Source: a virus. From it: DNA of 64,000 nucleotides. Position numbers and translations under genes: made by a program. Below, piece after piece: positions 36,739-47,347 of the stretch; position 1 is the stretch's first letter, and each line of letters starts with the position of its first letter. The stretch is from the IMG/VR virus record IMGVR_UViG_3300025168_000036, one strand, 5' to 3'. The notes below the pieces were generated by a model. It did not search any database, had not been told where the DNA came from, and saw only the letters and a list, made by a program, of their open reading frames with translations.

Positions 36739-39700
36739 CTAGGTTTTAAGTACCATATCACCTTCATCAAATAGTGCAAATGGAATTCCAATCTTTTTTG
36801 GTTTTGTTTTACTTTTTGAGTTTTTACTAGACACAGCTGCTGTCCATCTTAAAAAGTCTGAGTTATTTAGAAATACCTGGCAACCCCAAGAATAGTTTCC
36901 TACCCTAGATGCCTGACCTGTTGGGTGTGATCTGTGCAAGTTTATTCCAAAATAACCTGTTGTTAGTGTAGTTGAGTTAAGATCATGTTTGTTATCTAGT
37001 GTTGCATCTCTATATACTGTTACACTACCTGCCCTTTGCGACCCAGCTAAGTGGCCAGACTTTTTAGATCTATTATGCCAATCATAAGTGTGAGAGTAAT
37101 ACATTCCCGGCTTTAATATTGCCCAACCTCCTGATTTATGTAGGGAATTTGGCTTTGTCAATACACTTGATCCAGGAAGGGTTGTGCATGCATGAGCTTC
37201 GAATACTTTCTTTCCGTCCTCAATATATGCATGACAGAACCAATCAATGAAGCCCATCCCATCTTTCCTTTTACCAGTTGTACCATGCCTTTCAAAGTTA
37301 TTAACTCTAATAGCACCAGAGTTTACTTCGCCATTTGTCATCCATGTATAGCCTTTCTTTTTCCATGTTTTTTCAAATGAATCATAATTAAGATAGTCTT
37401 CAGCTTTACCTTTTGCTACTGGTGGATTATAATCACCTGGAGGACTAGTTGCTGTCCTTTTGTGCGTTACTGGAGTAGTTGTCTTAATGACATTTGCAGA
37501 TCTTTTTGGAACTTGTGCATTTGTCATCCTCATAAGTGTAGTTACTGATGTCTTCCAAGATTCTCTTCCTATTGAATGGTCGACCTTTGCAACTTGAAAA
37601 AGTGCTGAGTTATGATATCTATCTGGTAGTATTCCCCCTTTTGATACCGGTGCACAACTAATTGCATTACCCATTAAAAACCCAGAGATTCCTTCAATAT
37701 CAAATGACAACTCTATTGGCATTAGTGTTGATGTAGATTCTTGCCCCTCACCAAAATTCATTTCCTGAGAGATATACTCCTTTAGATTTGTAGCTGCAGT
37801 TCTTTGATCAGTTTGATTTCCTGTTATTACTGAGTACCAGTATGAATAGCACCACTGTTTATATTTTAGATCTGCCGGTATTGTTCCTGCACCACCTGTT
37901 ATTGCTAGTGCAGCTTTATAGTCTTCTAAATCACCAGCAGACCACTTTAAGAATCCTTTCTCTTCTAGCTCATCTACCTTCTTAGCTGCTTTATCATACT
38001 TTTCTTTCTCCTCTTTCTCAGTAAGACCAGGGCCTTCTTTCCACTCCTTCCTTGCCTTTCTTGTAAACCTGTCTTCTACTCCAATACCATACATCTTAAA
38101 TAGTACACTATCTTCATTTGTAGTATTATCTGGTTCAGTTGCTGTCATAGCACACATTGCTGCATTCTTAACTGCATCTGGAAGCTTAGATGTCATCTGT
38201 ACATTTGTAAGTATTGTTTGTGCACTATTCGCTTTTAATTGATATACCTTTAGCTTTTTCTTTACTATCTCTTTTAATCCTGGGGCCAAGTTATTATCAG
38301 TAACTTGTATTAATCCATTGTCATTTGGATTTGCCTTTATAGTAAAGTCCCACACATTACCACATGCATTATTAGCACCTTCTAGTAGTGCTTTAAGAAA
38401 GTTATCCATAGAGGGATTATTTCTATATGTCTCTGCAACAAATTGTGTATTGAACATTATGTTCCTAATATATCCTTCATTACATTTACTATTAGCAGAA
38501 AAAGTATCAAATTCATCTCTGTCATATCTATTTCTTGACCATGACAAAGCACCTGTTGTGCCCGATTGATAAAAGCCTGAAGTCCCTTTAGTTAAGCCGT
38601 TCCCGACACTTGTTGCCCAAAAGCCAAATGCAGCTGCATTACTCCAGTCATCTTCTCTTCCACTACAAGCTTCCATTACTAATTTTTCCATCTCATCTGT
38701 TGTACATGGAAAACCTTGCTGGCCTGGAAGCATACACACATCTGGATTTGTTGATCTTAGGTGTGGGTGGTTAACACATTTATTGCTTAAGTATCTTTTA
38801 TTTGCATACCCAGAAGTTAATGGCTTATGAGCACTAGTATATTTAGTCCAATCACCAAATACTTCGTGTGTACTACTTAGACCTACAACGGGTAGCCCTT
38901 CGCCATTCTTTGGTATACCTATAAAGTTTATTAATATATCTTCAATAAATCTATAACTTATCCATGTTCCTATTTTATTACAACTTATTATTTTCTGTAT
39001 GTTTCCTGCATCAGTGTTTGATAATGCACCTTGATATCCGTAAGTTTGGCCATGCCAAGAATCAGTGTGTTCTACTGCTCTTATCGGACCTCTAATAATT
39101 GATCTGTCTTTGCCGGTTATTTGAGACCAATCTAAAGGCTTAGTTGTTCCAGCAATCTTTTTTGTAATAATAGGCCTGAATGTAGCAGTAGCAACCTTAT
39201 TACCTAAGTCGCCATCATTACTTTCATCTTTAACAAGAACTGGAATCTCCTTCTTCATCCCAAAAGAATATGGTGCTTGCTTTTGTATATATTTATTTCC
39301 TATATATAATTTTGTGTTTCTTTGAACTGAGCTACCATCAAAGTCCATCATTCCGTCATCACCACCTTCACCAGTCCATACACCTTTGCCACTAGAATCT
39401 TCTAGGCCAAATAAGATTGCTTCTATATCACCAATTGGCCTGTTTGATTCTGTTTCGCTGTAATTTTGATCACCTTCTCCAAATGGCCACCCGTAATTGT
39501 CCTCATATGTATCTTTTGTAGTTATTAAAGCTGCAGCCAGTTGAGCAGAGTCCATTGGAGTCGTTAACATAAGACCATTTGTACTAGTCAACTCTATAGT
39601 TATGTTATAAGCACCACCTTCATCTAGTGACCAGTCAAACTTAGTTACTAGACCTATCATTGCATCATATCTTCCAGGAGTATTATCATCACTACCTTCT

Positions 39701-40308
39701 GCTGGTACAGATTCATATAAAGAAGATACACCTAACACTTTTTTTACTATGTCTTGTTGTACATCTATCTCACCATTTCCATGATTATACTTTTTGTCAT
39801 AAAGATCTATTAGCTCACCACTAAATGTACTCCATCCCCACTGAACTAAGATTCTCATGCCTGGAACCATATAGTATTTTTCTATTATTTCCAGATCATC
39901 TTTTCTAAAAGCTTTTAGCTTTAGCGATCCATATCTTATAGAACCTAAGCCACCTTTTGAATCAACACTTAGCTCAGACACACCTGCTTTTGGTAGATAT
40001 CTAGCCTTGCCTCCATAATACATAAACTTTGATTCTCGTGTATTTGCAAATCCAGTACGCTTGTTTGCTAATTTCTCAAAGCTTGAATGAGCTTGCCAAT
40101 CACCTTGCAACTGGTATTGAGACCCATTTATTCCCCCTACTAATGCATTTGATGATACTGTAATAAAAGGCGTTCTTGAGTGTATCTCTTTTAGTGTTTC
40201 AGTAGACCTTCCATCTCCCCATACACTTTCATATTTTGAAACTAATTGTGAAACATTTGGGTGTAAAGGATCTAGTGTTATTCCTCTATGGCTAGCTTTT
40301 ACAGACAT
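36739..40308 (-). CDS. Baseplate hub-like protein with C-terminal YkuD/L,D-transpeptidase-like domain
   Basis: Position after the LysM/gp53-like gene; VQWGWS, IEGISG..MGN, VDHSI..WKT; C-terminal GINLH...SWGCQV. Confidence 0.6.
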   Translation of the reverse strand: MSVKASHRGITLDPLHPNVSQLVSKYESVWGDGRSTETLKEIHSRTPFITVSSNALVGGINGSQYQLQGDWQAHSSFEKLANKRTGFANTRESKFMYYGGKARYLPKAGVSELSVDSKGGLGSIRYGSLKLKAFRKDDLEIIEKYYMVPGMRILVQWGWSTFSGELIDLYDKKYNHGNGEIDVQQDIVKKVLGVSSLYESVPAEGSDDNTPGRYDAMIGLVTKFDWSLDEGGAYNITIELTSTNGLMLTTPMDSAQLAAALITTKDTYEDNYGWPFGEGDQNYSETESNRPIGDIEAILFGLEDSSGKGVWTGEGGDDGMMDFDGSSVQRNTKLYIGNKYIQKQAPYSFGMKKEIPVLVKDESNDGDLGNKVATATFRPIITKKIAGTTKPLDWSQITGKDRSIIRGPIRAVEHTDSWHGQTYGYQGALSNTDAGNIQKIISCNKIGTWISYRFIEDILINFIGIPKNGEGLPVVGLSSTHEVFGDWTKYTSAHKPLTSGYANKRYLSNKCVNHPHLRSTNPDVCMLPGQQGFPCTTDEMEKLVMEACSGREDDWSNAAAFGFWATSVGNGLTKGTSGFYQSGTTGALSWSRNRYDRDEFDTFSANSKCNEGYIRNIMFNTQFVAETYRNNPSMDNFLKALLEGANNACGNVWDFTIKANPNDNGLIQVTDNNLAPGLKEIVKKKLKVYQLKANSAQTILTNVQMTSKLPDAVKNAAMCAMTATEPDNTTNEDSVLFKMYGIGVEDRFTRKARKEWKEGPGLTEKEEKEKYDKAAKKVDELEEKGFLKWSAGDLEDYKAALAITGGAGTIPADLKYKQWCYSYWYSVITGNQTDQRTAATNLKEYISQEMNFGEGQESTSTLMPIELSFDIEGISGFLMGNAISCAPVSKGGILPDRYHNSALFQVAKVDHSIGRESWKTSVTTLMRMTNAQVPKRSANVIKTTTPVTHKRTATSPPGDYNPPVAKGKAEDYLNYDSFEKTWKKKGYTWMTNGEVNSGAIRVNNFERHGTTGKRKDGMGFIDWFCHAYIEDGKKVFEAHACTTLPGSSVLTKPNSLHKSGGWAILKPGMYYSHTYDWHNRSKKSGHLAGSQRAGSVTVYRDATLDNKHDLNSTTLTTGYFGINLHRSHPTGQASRVGNYSWGCQVFLNNSDFLRWTAAVSSKNSKSKTKPKKIGIPFALFDEGDMVLKT

Positions 40309-40658
40309 TAATAAGCTCCTCCTCCAAGTCCATCAGGCAAACCGCCTCCACTCTCAGACTTTATGTCAAATGTAGACTTATCTATAGAATCCATAAATCC
40401 TATACCTGATGCTGGAATTCTTATTCTTTTACCAGTAGGTACTACTACTGAGCCATTAACCATCTCATTTGATACTGCAATTATCCACCAAAGATTTCTA
40501 TCACCATAATACTTATGTGCTAATAGATCTAATCTATCATACTTTTTTGCTATTATATATAGATCATTACTACCAGGTGGTATAGACTGAAAGTGTGTTG
40601 TTTCAAATTTGCTTTTGCCTGAAACTTGACTTGTATTTTTATATCTTTTATTTGCCAT
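40308..40658 (-). CDS. Baseplate wedge LysM/gp53/tail-X-like protein
   Basis: DRLDLLAHKYYGD..LWWIIA..N...G.RIRIP. Confidence 0.8.
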   Translation of the reverse strand: MANKRYKNTSQVSGKSKFETTHFQSIPPGSNDLYIIAKKYDRLDLLAHKYYGDRNLWWIIAVSNEMVNGSVVVPTGKRIRIPASGIGFMDSIDKSTFDIKSESGGGLPDGLGGGAY

Positions 40659-40660
40659 AA

Positions 40661-42508
40661 TTAAACCCTATCTAACCAGTCCTTAGTTCCAAAACTTGGT
40701 TTGTATCTTTGAACTAGATTCTCTTCTATTATTGTATATTCAAAATCTACTTTTATTGTTCTTGGCACTCTATATGTTGTTATATCACCTTTTGCATTCT
40801 CAGACTTAGTGACCTCCCATGGAACATCATTTTCTATGTTGAATGTCAAAGAAGATAAAAACCCAGGCTGATTTCTAAGATAATCACCTATAGTAAGTCT
40901 AAGTAAGGGCGCAGACATTTGATTAAAATTTCCACCAACATATTCTGGCATAGTATAGCCTGCTAGTCTATTTAGCTTTTGATACATTGCCTTAAGGCTC
41001 CTTCTATTTGTAGCGTATGCAGTAAAACCTGTACTTACTTTTCTAGAATCTGCACCTTTGTAGTGCCATACTGGTTCTGCCCTACCCATATAATTTTCAG
41101 AAGTCCATTCTGGTGAGAATGTATCAGTTATTGATTCAAGTGTTGCTCTAAACTGCATTACATTCTTTCCTGCTTCTATATCTTGAAATACAAAAGGTAT
41201 TAAGTCATATGTTGCATTATACTTTGCAGTTGTCCAGCTATCAACACCTCCAGCTCCACTATTAACAACACCCATCTCATCTATTGAGTCTGGATATCCC
41301 GATTCATCTAATACTGTTTTTCCATCATCGTTGGGGTTAGGCTTTTGATCTACTTGAGCCCTACTATATCCCATCCTTCCATCTAGCGTAATGTCTTTGT
41401 CATTGATGCCCTCTCTGTATGTGTCACCTTTAGAATATCCAGGTAATAATACTCCTTCTTGCTTATATACTCTAAAGTCTATTAGCTTTGAGCCATCTCT
41501 GTCTGCAATTGCCTGATCTCTCTTGATTGTGTTCATGGCTATGTATGAATTTGGAGAATTTGGAATAAGCCCAGCCTCAGTATTCTCAACTCTTTTAGGC
41601 TTTCCGCCACCTAGTCCATAGGTTGAGTTAGGACCTCCAGGGCCATCAAGATATGTCCATACCCCAGCCAAATTTGCAGCTAAGTGATGTACTCCTCTTG
41701 AGTGAAATGCATCATTAGTTAAGTTAATTAATCTGTTATATCCATTTTCATATGATTGGCCTCCCATAGTTGGCATTCTTGTTATATCAATTAACTTCCA
41801 ATCATTACCAAGAAAAGCAGTGTTTCTAGGTTTTGCAACATTTTCGTATCTTTGTAAAGTAACACTTAAGTTAGAAAGTATTCCATGTCTGGTTAAGTGT
41901 AAACCAGACCCCATTCCTGCTATCTGTAATAGTGTTGATGCAGGGTTATATACTCTTGTTGCTCTAGAAACTATATTTGGGATTGGAGTTATTAGTCCAG
42001 CGTTCTTTTCTAGTTTTGGTGCAGTTAGTTGTAAGCCTATTTGTTGTGCTACGAATAGCAATCCATGTGCACCACCTGTCATAAACTTTAATATTCTTAA
42101 TCCGTCTACCAGAGGCCTTTCGATTGATGCAATACCTCCTCTAGTTACATTTGAAGGCATAGAAAATATCTCACCTCCTCTTTTTGCATAAGGAGATACT
42201 CCAAAGCTGCCCCAAAATTGTGGCTTTTTATTCTTTCTTCTCTGTATTCCTCTCATAATAAAAGGCTGCTTAAACCAACCCATATTTGGAGTTGCATCAT
42301 CTCTTAGGCTAAACTTTTCATATTGCTTTAAAATGTTAGAGTCTTCTCTGTCCTTAATCTTATCTAGATTAATCTGTGTACCTGATAATTTTTTATTCTT
42401 GAACTCATTTGTTGCAGGAGCCGCTGTATCTTTTGGTACCTTCTGATGCTTTGAGGTATTATCTTCCCAAAACTTTAATAAATCTACTGATGTTTTAATA
42501 AATGCCAT
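40661..42508 (-). CDS. Baseplate/tail-tube initiator-like protein
   Basis: C-terminal FRATL..ITD.FSPEW...YMGRAE, RLTIGD, PWE; lies between tape measure and LysM genes. Confidence 0.6.
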   Translation of the reverse strand: MAFIKTSVDLLKFWEDNTSKHQKVPKDTAAPATNEFKNKKLSGTQINLDKIKDREDSNILKQYEKFSLRDDATPNMGWFKQPFIMRGIQRRKNKKPQFWGSFGVSPYAKRGGEIFSMPSNVTRGGIASIERPLVDGLRILKFMTGGAHGLLFVAQQIGLQLTAPKLEKNAGLITPIPNIVSRATRVYNPASTLLQIAGMGSGLHLTRHGILSNLSVTLQRYENVAKPRNTAFLGNDWKLIDITRMPTMGGQSYENGYNRLINLTNDAFHSRGVHHLAANLAGVWTYLDGPGGPNSTYGLGGGKPKRVENTEAGLIPNSPNSYIAMNTIKRDQAIADRDGSKLIDFRVYKQEGVLLPGYSKGDTYREGINDKDITLDGRMGYSRAQVDQKPNPNDDGKTVLDESGYPDSIDEMGVVNSGAGGVDSWTTAKYNATYDLIPFVFQDIEAGKNVMQFRATLESITDTFSPEWTSENYMGRAEPVWHYKGADSRKVSTGFTAYATNRRSLKAMYQKLNRLAGYTMPEYVGGNFNQMSAPLLRLTIGDYLRNQPGFLSSLTFNIENDVPWEVTKSENAKGDITTYRVPRTIKVDFEYTIIEENLVQRYKPSFGTKDWLDRV

Positions 42509-45000
42509 TAGAATACTCCTTTTGCTCCGCCAGATAATGAGATTATCTCTCCTACTTTCTGGCCATCCATTTTAACTTCCATACCTAGTATTGCCTTTTC
42601 TAATTTATCTAACCTATCTACAATTGCAGAGTCTTTACCTCCTCCGCCTTCGCCTCCACCACCAGTCAAGACTTCACCTAAGGTACCTCCTAAGACTGAG
42701 CCTAATAGTAGTAGTGTTGGTAGCATTGGAGTAAGTAATAATAGTGATGCAGCTAAGCCTACTATTGATAATGCAATTGACCCAATACCTAGTGCAACTG
42801 TAAATAATGCTCCACCTAAGCCTGCTAAGTTTGTCAATTCTGTTGATAATATTGGCATTGCTATACCTAGTGCTAAAAGTGCACCTACAGATGGTCCTAG
42901 TACAGCTAGTCCCATCCCAAGGAATACAAGTCCTAGACCTAAAGATAAGAATGCCCAACCTAATGCTCCTAGTGTTGCTGGATTTGCCTGTGATAACAGT
43001 GGTAAGCCCATTCCTAGTGCCATAATTCCTTCAATTCCACCAGCAGCAGTAAATGCTAATATCCCCAATGATGCAAATAATAATCCTACACCTAATGGTA
43101 TTAGAGCATATCCCATTAACATCATAGCAGGGATTGCAGGATACATCATCATCATTCCTATTGCTAATTGTGGTAGTACATCTATTAATAGTAAAAAGTT
43201 AGGTATTGCCATTGACATTACATATAAAGCAGCTGCTAATACTAATACTGCAGCAGCTACTATTAACATTGCAGCAGCACCAGCAATAATTGCAAGTGCA
43301 CCTACACCAGACATCATTATTGCTCCAATAAGTGCAACTGCACCTACTAATGCTAACATTGATACAACTGCCATTGCTATTGCACCCCAACTAACCTTCA
43401 TAAATTCTTGAACTGCTTTTGCAAATACAAATACTGCAGCAGCTATAAGTATCATTGCAGCGGCACCAGCAACAATATTTTTCATATTCTTACCAACTTT
43501 TGATACACCCATATCACTTACACCACCTTTTGGTGTTGCAGGAGCTTTTGGTGCGGAGACTACATCAGACATCCCTCCAGTCTTATTACCTCCAAACATT
43601 GCCTGCATACCTTTCATTAAACCAAATTGTATTACAGCTTGTGCAGCAGCTAGCCCTAATTGTGTCATGGCCTGAACTGCACCTTCACTTAAAGAGTTAT
43701 TTTCTGAAAGTATTTCACCTGTAGCTTCGTAATGTTCTTTTGCTTCTAGAGATAAACCAGCAACCTTTTCTTGATTTGCTGCCATGTTAATTATATCTGG
43801 TACTGACATACCTAATGCATCTGCAAATGCCTGTTGCTCTATAACATTCATAGACTGGAATTCTGCTATACTTCCTACATTTTTAAGTATCTCTTCCATT
43901 ACAGTAGCTTGATCACCTACTAATGCTGCCTGTCTTGCCCTATCTAAGTTTAATTGTCTACCAAGAAGTACCTCAGCTTCCATTTGCTTTTCAATACTAG
44001 ATTCAACATCTAGTAAGCTTCTTCCTGCATCAACTACAGACTTAACTTCTATACCTAATTGCTTTGCACCTACAGATGCCTCAACAAAACTGGCAGCTCC
44101 GTCCTTACCAAACCTTGCAATTTCTTCTGTGCTAGTTGCCATATCTGCTAATATAGCTCCTGGTGCTACACCCCTAGCTCTTGCAAGGCTAATTGCCATA
44201 TCATCAGCATTAAGTCCTGCATTTGCACTCATCTCAACCATCTCTGCAGCTTGATCAGCTGACATTCCAAATCCTTCTGTAAGTACTGCAACCTTATCAA
44301 TTGCTGCATCCATCTCTTCACCAGTTAATGCAGTATTCATATAAATTGCACCAACTGCAGCTGCAGCCTCTTCAGCATCTACACCCATCATCCTAAACTT
44401 AGCAGTAGTTTCAGTAACCTGAGCACCTATTTCAAATGCCTGACCTCCTACTGCACCTAAATCTTTTACAAGATCTCTAGTTGCTTTACCAACAGCACCT
44501 ACCTCTTTCATTAGCAAGCCTATTGCCAAAACGCCCATCATCTTTGGGTCTTTTACAAGATCAGAGAATTGTTTTGCCTTATTGCCTAATGTGTCATACT
44601 CATCTGCTAGCTCCTCTATCTTTTCTTTCCTCTCTTCCTCTAGGCTTTTAATAGTCTCTTGTGTTTTTTCGAACTCCTCTGCAGCCTTTTGTATATCTAT
44701 TTGAGTCTGTAGTATTGCCATGAATGCGCCATTGACCTTATAACCAGCCTTAGCTGCATCCTGCATCATTTGATCTTGTGCAGTCAATAGTGAATTTAAC
44801 TTCTCACTAGCTGTAAGATTGTCGGCCATTGCATCTTGCATGCTTTGAGTTGCAGAAGCCATTACGTCTGCAGCTGCACCACCTTCTTTGAGGTGACTTA
44901 CTGTGCCTTGTAGCATCGATGCAAAAGACTTAGCCTCTTTATTGGCATCAATATAGGCATCTCTTAACTCTTTGGCACTCCTTGCTGCGTCATCTGACAT
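42508..45000 (-). CDS. Tape measure protein
   Basis: Ala-rich helical N-half, long hydrophobic C-half, VKMDGQKVG end; position after tube and chaperones. Confidence 0.85.
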   Translation of the reverse strand: MSDDAARSAKELRDAYIDANKEAKSFASMLQGTVSHLKEGGAAADVMASATQSMQDAMADNLTASEKLNSLLTAQDQMMQDAAKAGYKVNGAFMAILQTQIDIQKAAEEFEKTQETIKSLEEERKEKIEELADEYDTLGNKAKQFSDLVKDPKMMGVLAIGLLMKEVGAVGKATRDLVKDLGAVGGQAFEIGAQVTETTAKFRMMGVDAEEAAAAVGAIYMNTALTGEEMDAAIDKVAVLTEGFGMSADQAAEMVEMSANAGLNADDMAISLARARGVAPGAILADMATSTEEIARFGKDGAASFVEASVGAKQLGIEVKSVVDAGRSLLDVESSIEKQMEAEVLLGRQLNLDRARQAALVGDQATVMEEILKNVGSIAEFQSMNVIEQQAFADALGMSVPDIINMAANQEKVAGLSLEAKEHYEATGEILSENNSLSEGAVQAMTQLGLAAAQAVIQFGLMKGMQAMFGGNKTGGMSDVVSAPKAPATPKGGVSDMGVSKVGKNMKNIVAGAAAMILIAAAVFVFAKAVQEFMKVSWGAIAMAVVSMLALVGAVALIGAIMMSGVGALAIIAGAAAMLIVAAAVLVLAAALYVMSMAIPNFLLLIDVLPQLAIGMMMMYPAIPAMMLMGYALIPLGVGLLFASLGILAFTAAGGIEGIMALGMGLPLLSQANPATLGALGWAFLSLGLGLVFLGMGLAVLGPSVGALLALGIAMPILSTELTNLAGLGGALFTVALGIGSIALSIVGLAASLLLLTPMLPTLLLLGSVLGGTLGEVLTGGGGEGGGGKDSAIVDRLDKLEKAILGMEVKMDGQKVGEIISLSGGAKGVF

Positions 45001-45009
45001 GGTTTATCC

Positions 45010-45342
45010 CTATGCGAAGTTTTTTAACTTATTCTTAATATTTGGAATTTTTTTATCTATTGTCATCTTAAAGCCATCTGGAACTTTATCCCAAGATCCG
45101 TATCTCTTTTCTAAAGTTTTGGCTAATTTAAGTACTGAATCAGTAGCTTTTGCATGTTCACCTTTTGCAGCTGCAATTTTCTTATCATAAGACATGTTGA
45201 CAGCATTTTTATGCTTTGTTGCTATTTTATCTAAAATACCACTGGCTATTCCTTGCAGTGTGGATAGTGGTCCAAATTCTGAGATATTCTTTTTTATCTC
45301 TAATTTTATTAAGTTTTTTAGCTCTTCATTTGTTTTCGACAT
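45010..45342 (-). CDS. Hypothetical basic protein
   Basis: 110-aa ORF with AGGAG SD and upstream GATATTTATA. Confidence 0.55.
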   Translation of the reverse strand: MSKTNEELKNLIKLEIKKNISEFGPLSTLQGIASGILDKIATKHKNAVNMSYDKKIAAAKGEHAKATDSVLKLAKTLEKRYGSWDKVPDGFKMTIDKKIPNIKNKLKNFA

Positions 45343-45388
45343 AGATAATTCTCCTAATTAGTTTATTATAAATATCAATTAGTTCAAA

Positions 45389-45655
45389 TTATCTACGTCT
45401 AGACGGTGTGGATGGTTTTGAAAAACTTGGAGGTTTTGAGTTAGACCCTCTACCTTTAGATGCTCGTTTTTGTGCATCATTTTCCTTTTTCATTTGTTCT
45501 TCAAGCTCTTTCATGTAGAATCTTCGCATCCATATAGGGAGGTTGTAAACGTCGCTAAACGAGAAGCCTCCACCAGAGTGATACACAATTTGAAAGATTG
45601 TTTTATGAAGGGCAGGTCTATACGCCGGCCCCAGGCCAAAAAAAGTTGACACCAA
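45389..45655 (-). CDS. Downstream frame of tail assembly chaperone (gp51/GT-like), probably made by frameshift
   Basis: FSFSDVYNLPIWMRRFY; only a TTG start without SD; overlaps the upstream gene across a T7 run. Confidence 0.6.
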   Translation of the reverse strand: MVSTFFGLGPAYRPALHKTIFQIVYHSGGGFSFSDVYNLPIWMRRFYMKELEEQMKKENDAQKRASKGRGSNSKPPSFSKPSTPSRRR

Positions 45656-46493
45656 GTGGCAGCTTCATTTGCTGCTCATTACCTGTTGATTCACTAAAGT
45701 ACCAAAATGTCATATCAACATCTGGTGATATCTCTTGAATATGGTCCCTAAATGCTTTTGAGTCTTGTGCTAAGAATTGATTTTTTACAAACTTATTAAC
45801 AGTAATTTCAGAATCATCACCATCAACTGCAACAATCATATATCTTAGTCTTGTTGTAAACTCTTGTCTTGGATCATCCTTTCTTTTACCTCTATTAGAC
45901 TTTTTAAGATCAAGTCCAATTTTAACCTCATCACCATGATTAAGTATTTTCCAAGTAATTTTCTTTTTAGATACTGGTAGTTCAAAATTAAACTTATTTA
46001 CACCTTGTTCATAATTTGCTTTATCTAAGCCATTCTTATGCTTTAGGTCTTGTAAGTCAACTTTTACCTTCTCCTTATCACCTGTCCATGGGTCTGCAAT
46101 TTCTACTTCATAGTCTGCACCATAACCTAATATCCTTGCAGCTACCATAATTGCGTTTTTATCACCTAAAAGTAGCTTATGATAAGGAATACTTCCAACT
46201 ACCAGTGATTTTAATAGTTTATCAATAACAACACCTTGTTGTATAAGGTTCTGAGAAGTTAAGATATCTTCTTCTTTTGCTGTCATATATTTAATTTCAA
46301 CCTTACCTGACTTTAATGGATTGTCATCTTCGTATAATACTCCACCAGATGGTAAATCAATCATCTCAGTTGGAAAGTCATGCTTTAGCACACCTCCATC
46401 ATTTTCAAAATCTTGTACAAGTTGTTTTTTTAAGTCTTCGTTTCCAGAACCTTTTTTCGAGTTTGGATAGTCGGTATCTAATTTATCTACCAT
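45618..46493 (-). CDS. Baseplate hub/tail assembly chaperone (T4 gp26-like)
   Basis: LPSGG..Y, KYMTAKEEDIL, GDKNAIMVAARILGYG, terminal NFFWP. Confidence 0.75.
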   Translation of the reverse strand: MVDKLDTDYPNSKKGSGNEDLKKQLVQDFENDGGVLKHDFPTEMIDLPSGGVLYEDDNPLKSGKVEIKYMTAKEEDILTSQNLIQQGVVIDKLLKSLVVGSIPYHKLLLGDKNAIMVAARILGYGADYEVEIADPWTGDKEKVKVDLQDLKHKNGLDKANYEQGVNKFNFELPVSKKKITWKILNHGDEVKIGLDLKKSNRGKRKDDPRQEFTTRLRYMIVAVDGDDSEITVNKFVKNQFLAQDSKAFRDHIQEISPDVDMTFWYFSESTGNEQQMKLPLGVNFFWPGAGV

Positions 46494-46549
46494 TATTGTT
46501 CTCCTTTATTGTTGTTTTATAATAACCTTATATATAAATATAACTATAG

Positions 46550-46576
46550 AAAAAAAATGCCCCGATTGGGGGCATC
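46550..46576 (-). terminator. Rho-independent terminator after the tube operon
   Basis: ATGCCCC/GGGGCAT stem, 5-nt loop, then a T-run on the minus strand. Confidence 0.85.
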
Positions 46577-46607
46577 TTTCTCTAATTATTTTTGTTTTTG
46601 TTAATCA

Positions 46608-46817
46608 CTAAACTTTAGTAATTACTACTACTGCTAATTTGTACTCACCGTTAGTTCTAGTTGGTTGAAAAGCTGTAGTGATTGATAGTAACTTTGCATC
46701 ATCTATTGTTTCTAGATATGTGTTAACTTCTTCTGCAAAGCTGCCTGCAGTAGTAGAAATTTCTCCATCTGCTGCATCACCTACTAAAATTTTAGTTATT
46801 GTATCAAAATTTGCCAT
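46608..46817 (-). CDS. Small hypothetical protein (possibly virion)
   Basis: 69-aa ORF with AAGGAG SD, co-transcribed with the tube gene. Confidence 0.55.
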   Translation of the reverse strand: MANFDTITKILVGDAADGEISTTAGSFAEEVNTYLETIDDAKLLSITTAFQPTRTNGEYKLAVVVITKV

Positions 46818-46828
46818 TCAAATTCTCC

Positions 46829-47317
46829 TTAGTATTGTAAGATTGCGTAGTCGTAAGCTAGTTCCAATGATATATTGATTGGGTCATCTGTTGCCCATTC
46901 CAAGTCACCGAATGTTGCGTTAACTGGAAAAGCACCTTTCAATGTCCATTCCTCAACCTTATCACCTACAGGTCCAAGTACATTAATAGTTACATCTTTC
47001 TTATAAAAGTCTGCATATCCTGCTCTACCTGTTACTGATTCATATCCTAGTCTAACCCATTCCATCACTGCCTGAGCACCTGAAGGTACTACTGGATCAT
47101 ACATTTCTATTGTTACGTTTTCCCATGTAGCCTTACCTTGAATCTTTCTTTTTGTATTAATGTGATCTAGTTCCTTTGCTTCAATTGCAATTGTTGGTCT
47201 GTTAACCTTCTTGCAAATAAAACTTGGGACACCATCAACATATAGTACAAACCTATTTGATGTTTTAGGTTGGAATGCTGTGAACATTAGTTCATTAGGG
47301 TCTATTACTTGAGCCAT
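46829..47317 (-). CDS. Tail tube protein (gp19-like)
   Basis: PKTSNRF, GKATW, YKKD, EEWTLKGAFP, LAYDYA. Confidence 0.9.
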   Translation of the reverse strand: MAQVIDPNELMFTAFQPKTSNRFVLYVDGVPSFICKKVNRPTIAIEAKELDHINTKRKIQGKATWENVTIEMYDPVVPSGAQAVMEWVRLGYESVTGRAGYADFYKKDVTINVLGPVGDKVEEWTLKGAFPVNATFGDLEWATDDPINISLELAYDYAILQY

Positions 47318-47335
47318 ATTTTATCTCCTCTTTAA

Positions 47336-47345
47336 TATAAATATC
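47336..47345 (-). promoter_or_regulatory. Putative late promoter (G)ATATTTATA, representative copy before the tail tube gene
   Basis: Sense-strand TATTTATA at 7743, 26036, 34771, 45367, 46533, 47336, 49223, 52128, 54980 and 59850, mostly before virion genes. Confidence 0.7.
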
Positions 47346-47347
47346 TG

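Noticed and set aside
24933-43390. Alternate-frame minus-strand ORFs 24933-25166, 31282-31506, 42674-42958 and 43199-43390
   Set aside because: They are nested in nrdB/nrdA, uvsE or the tape measure gene; the Cys-rich translations are a by-product of Ala-rich codons read off-frame.
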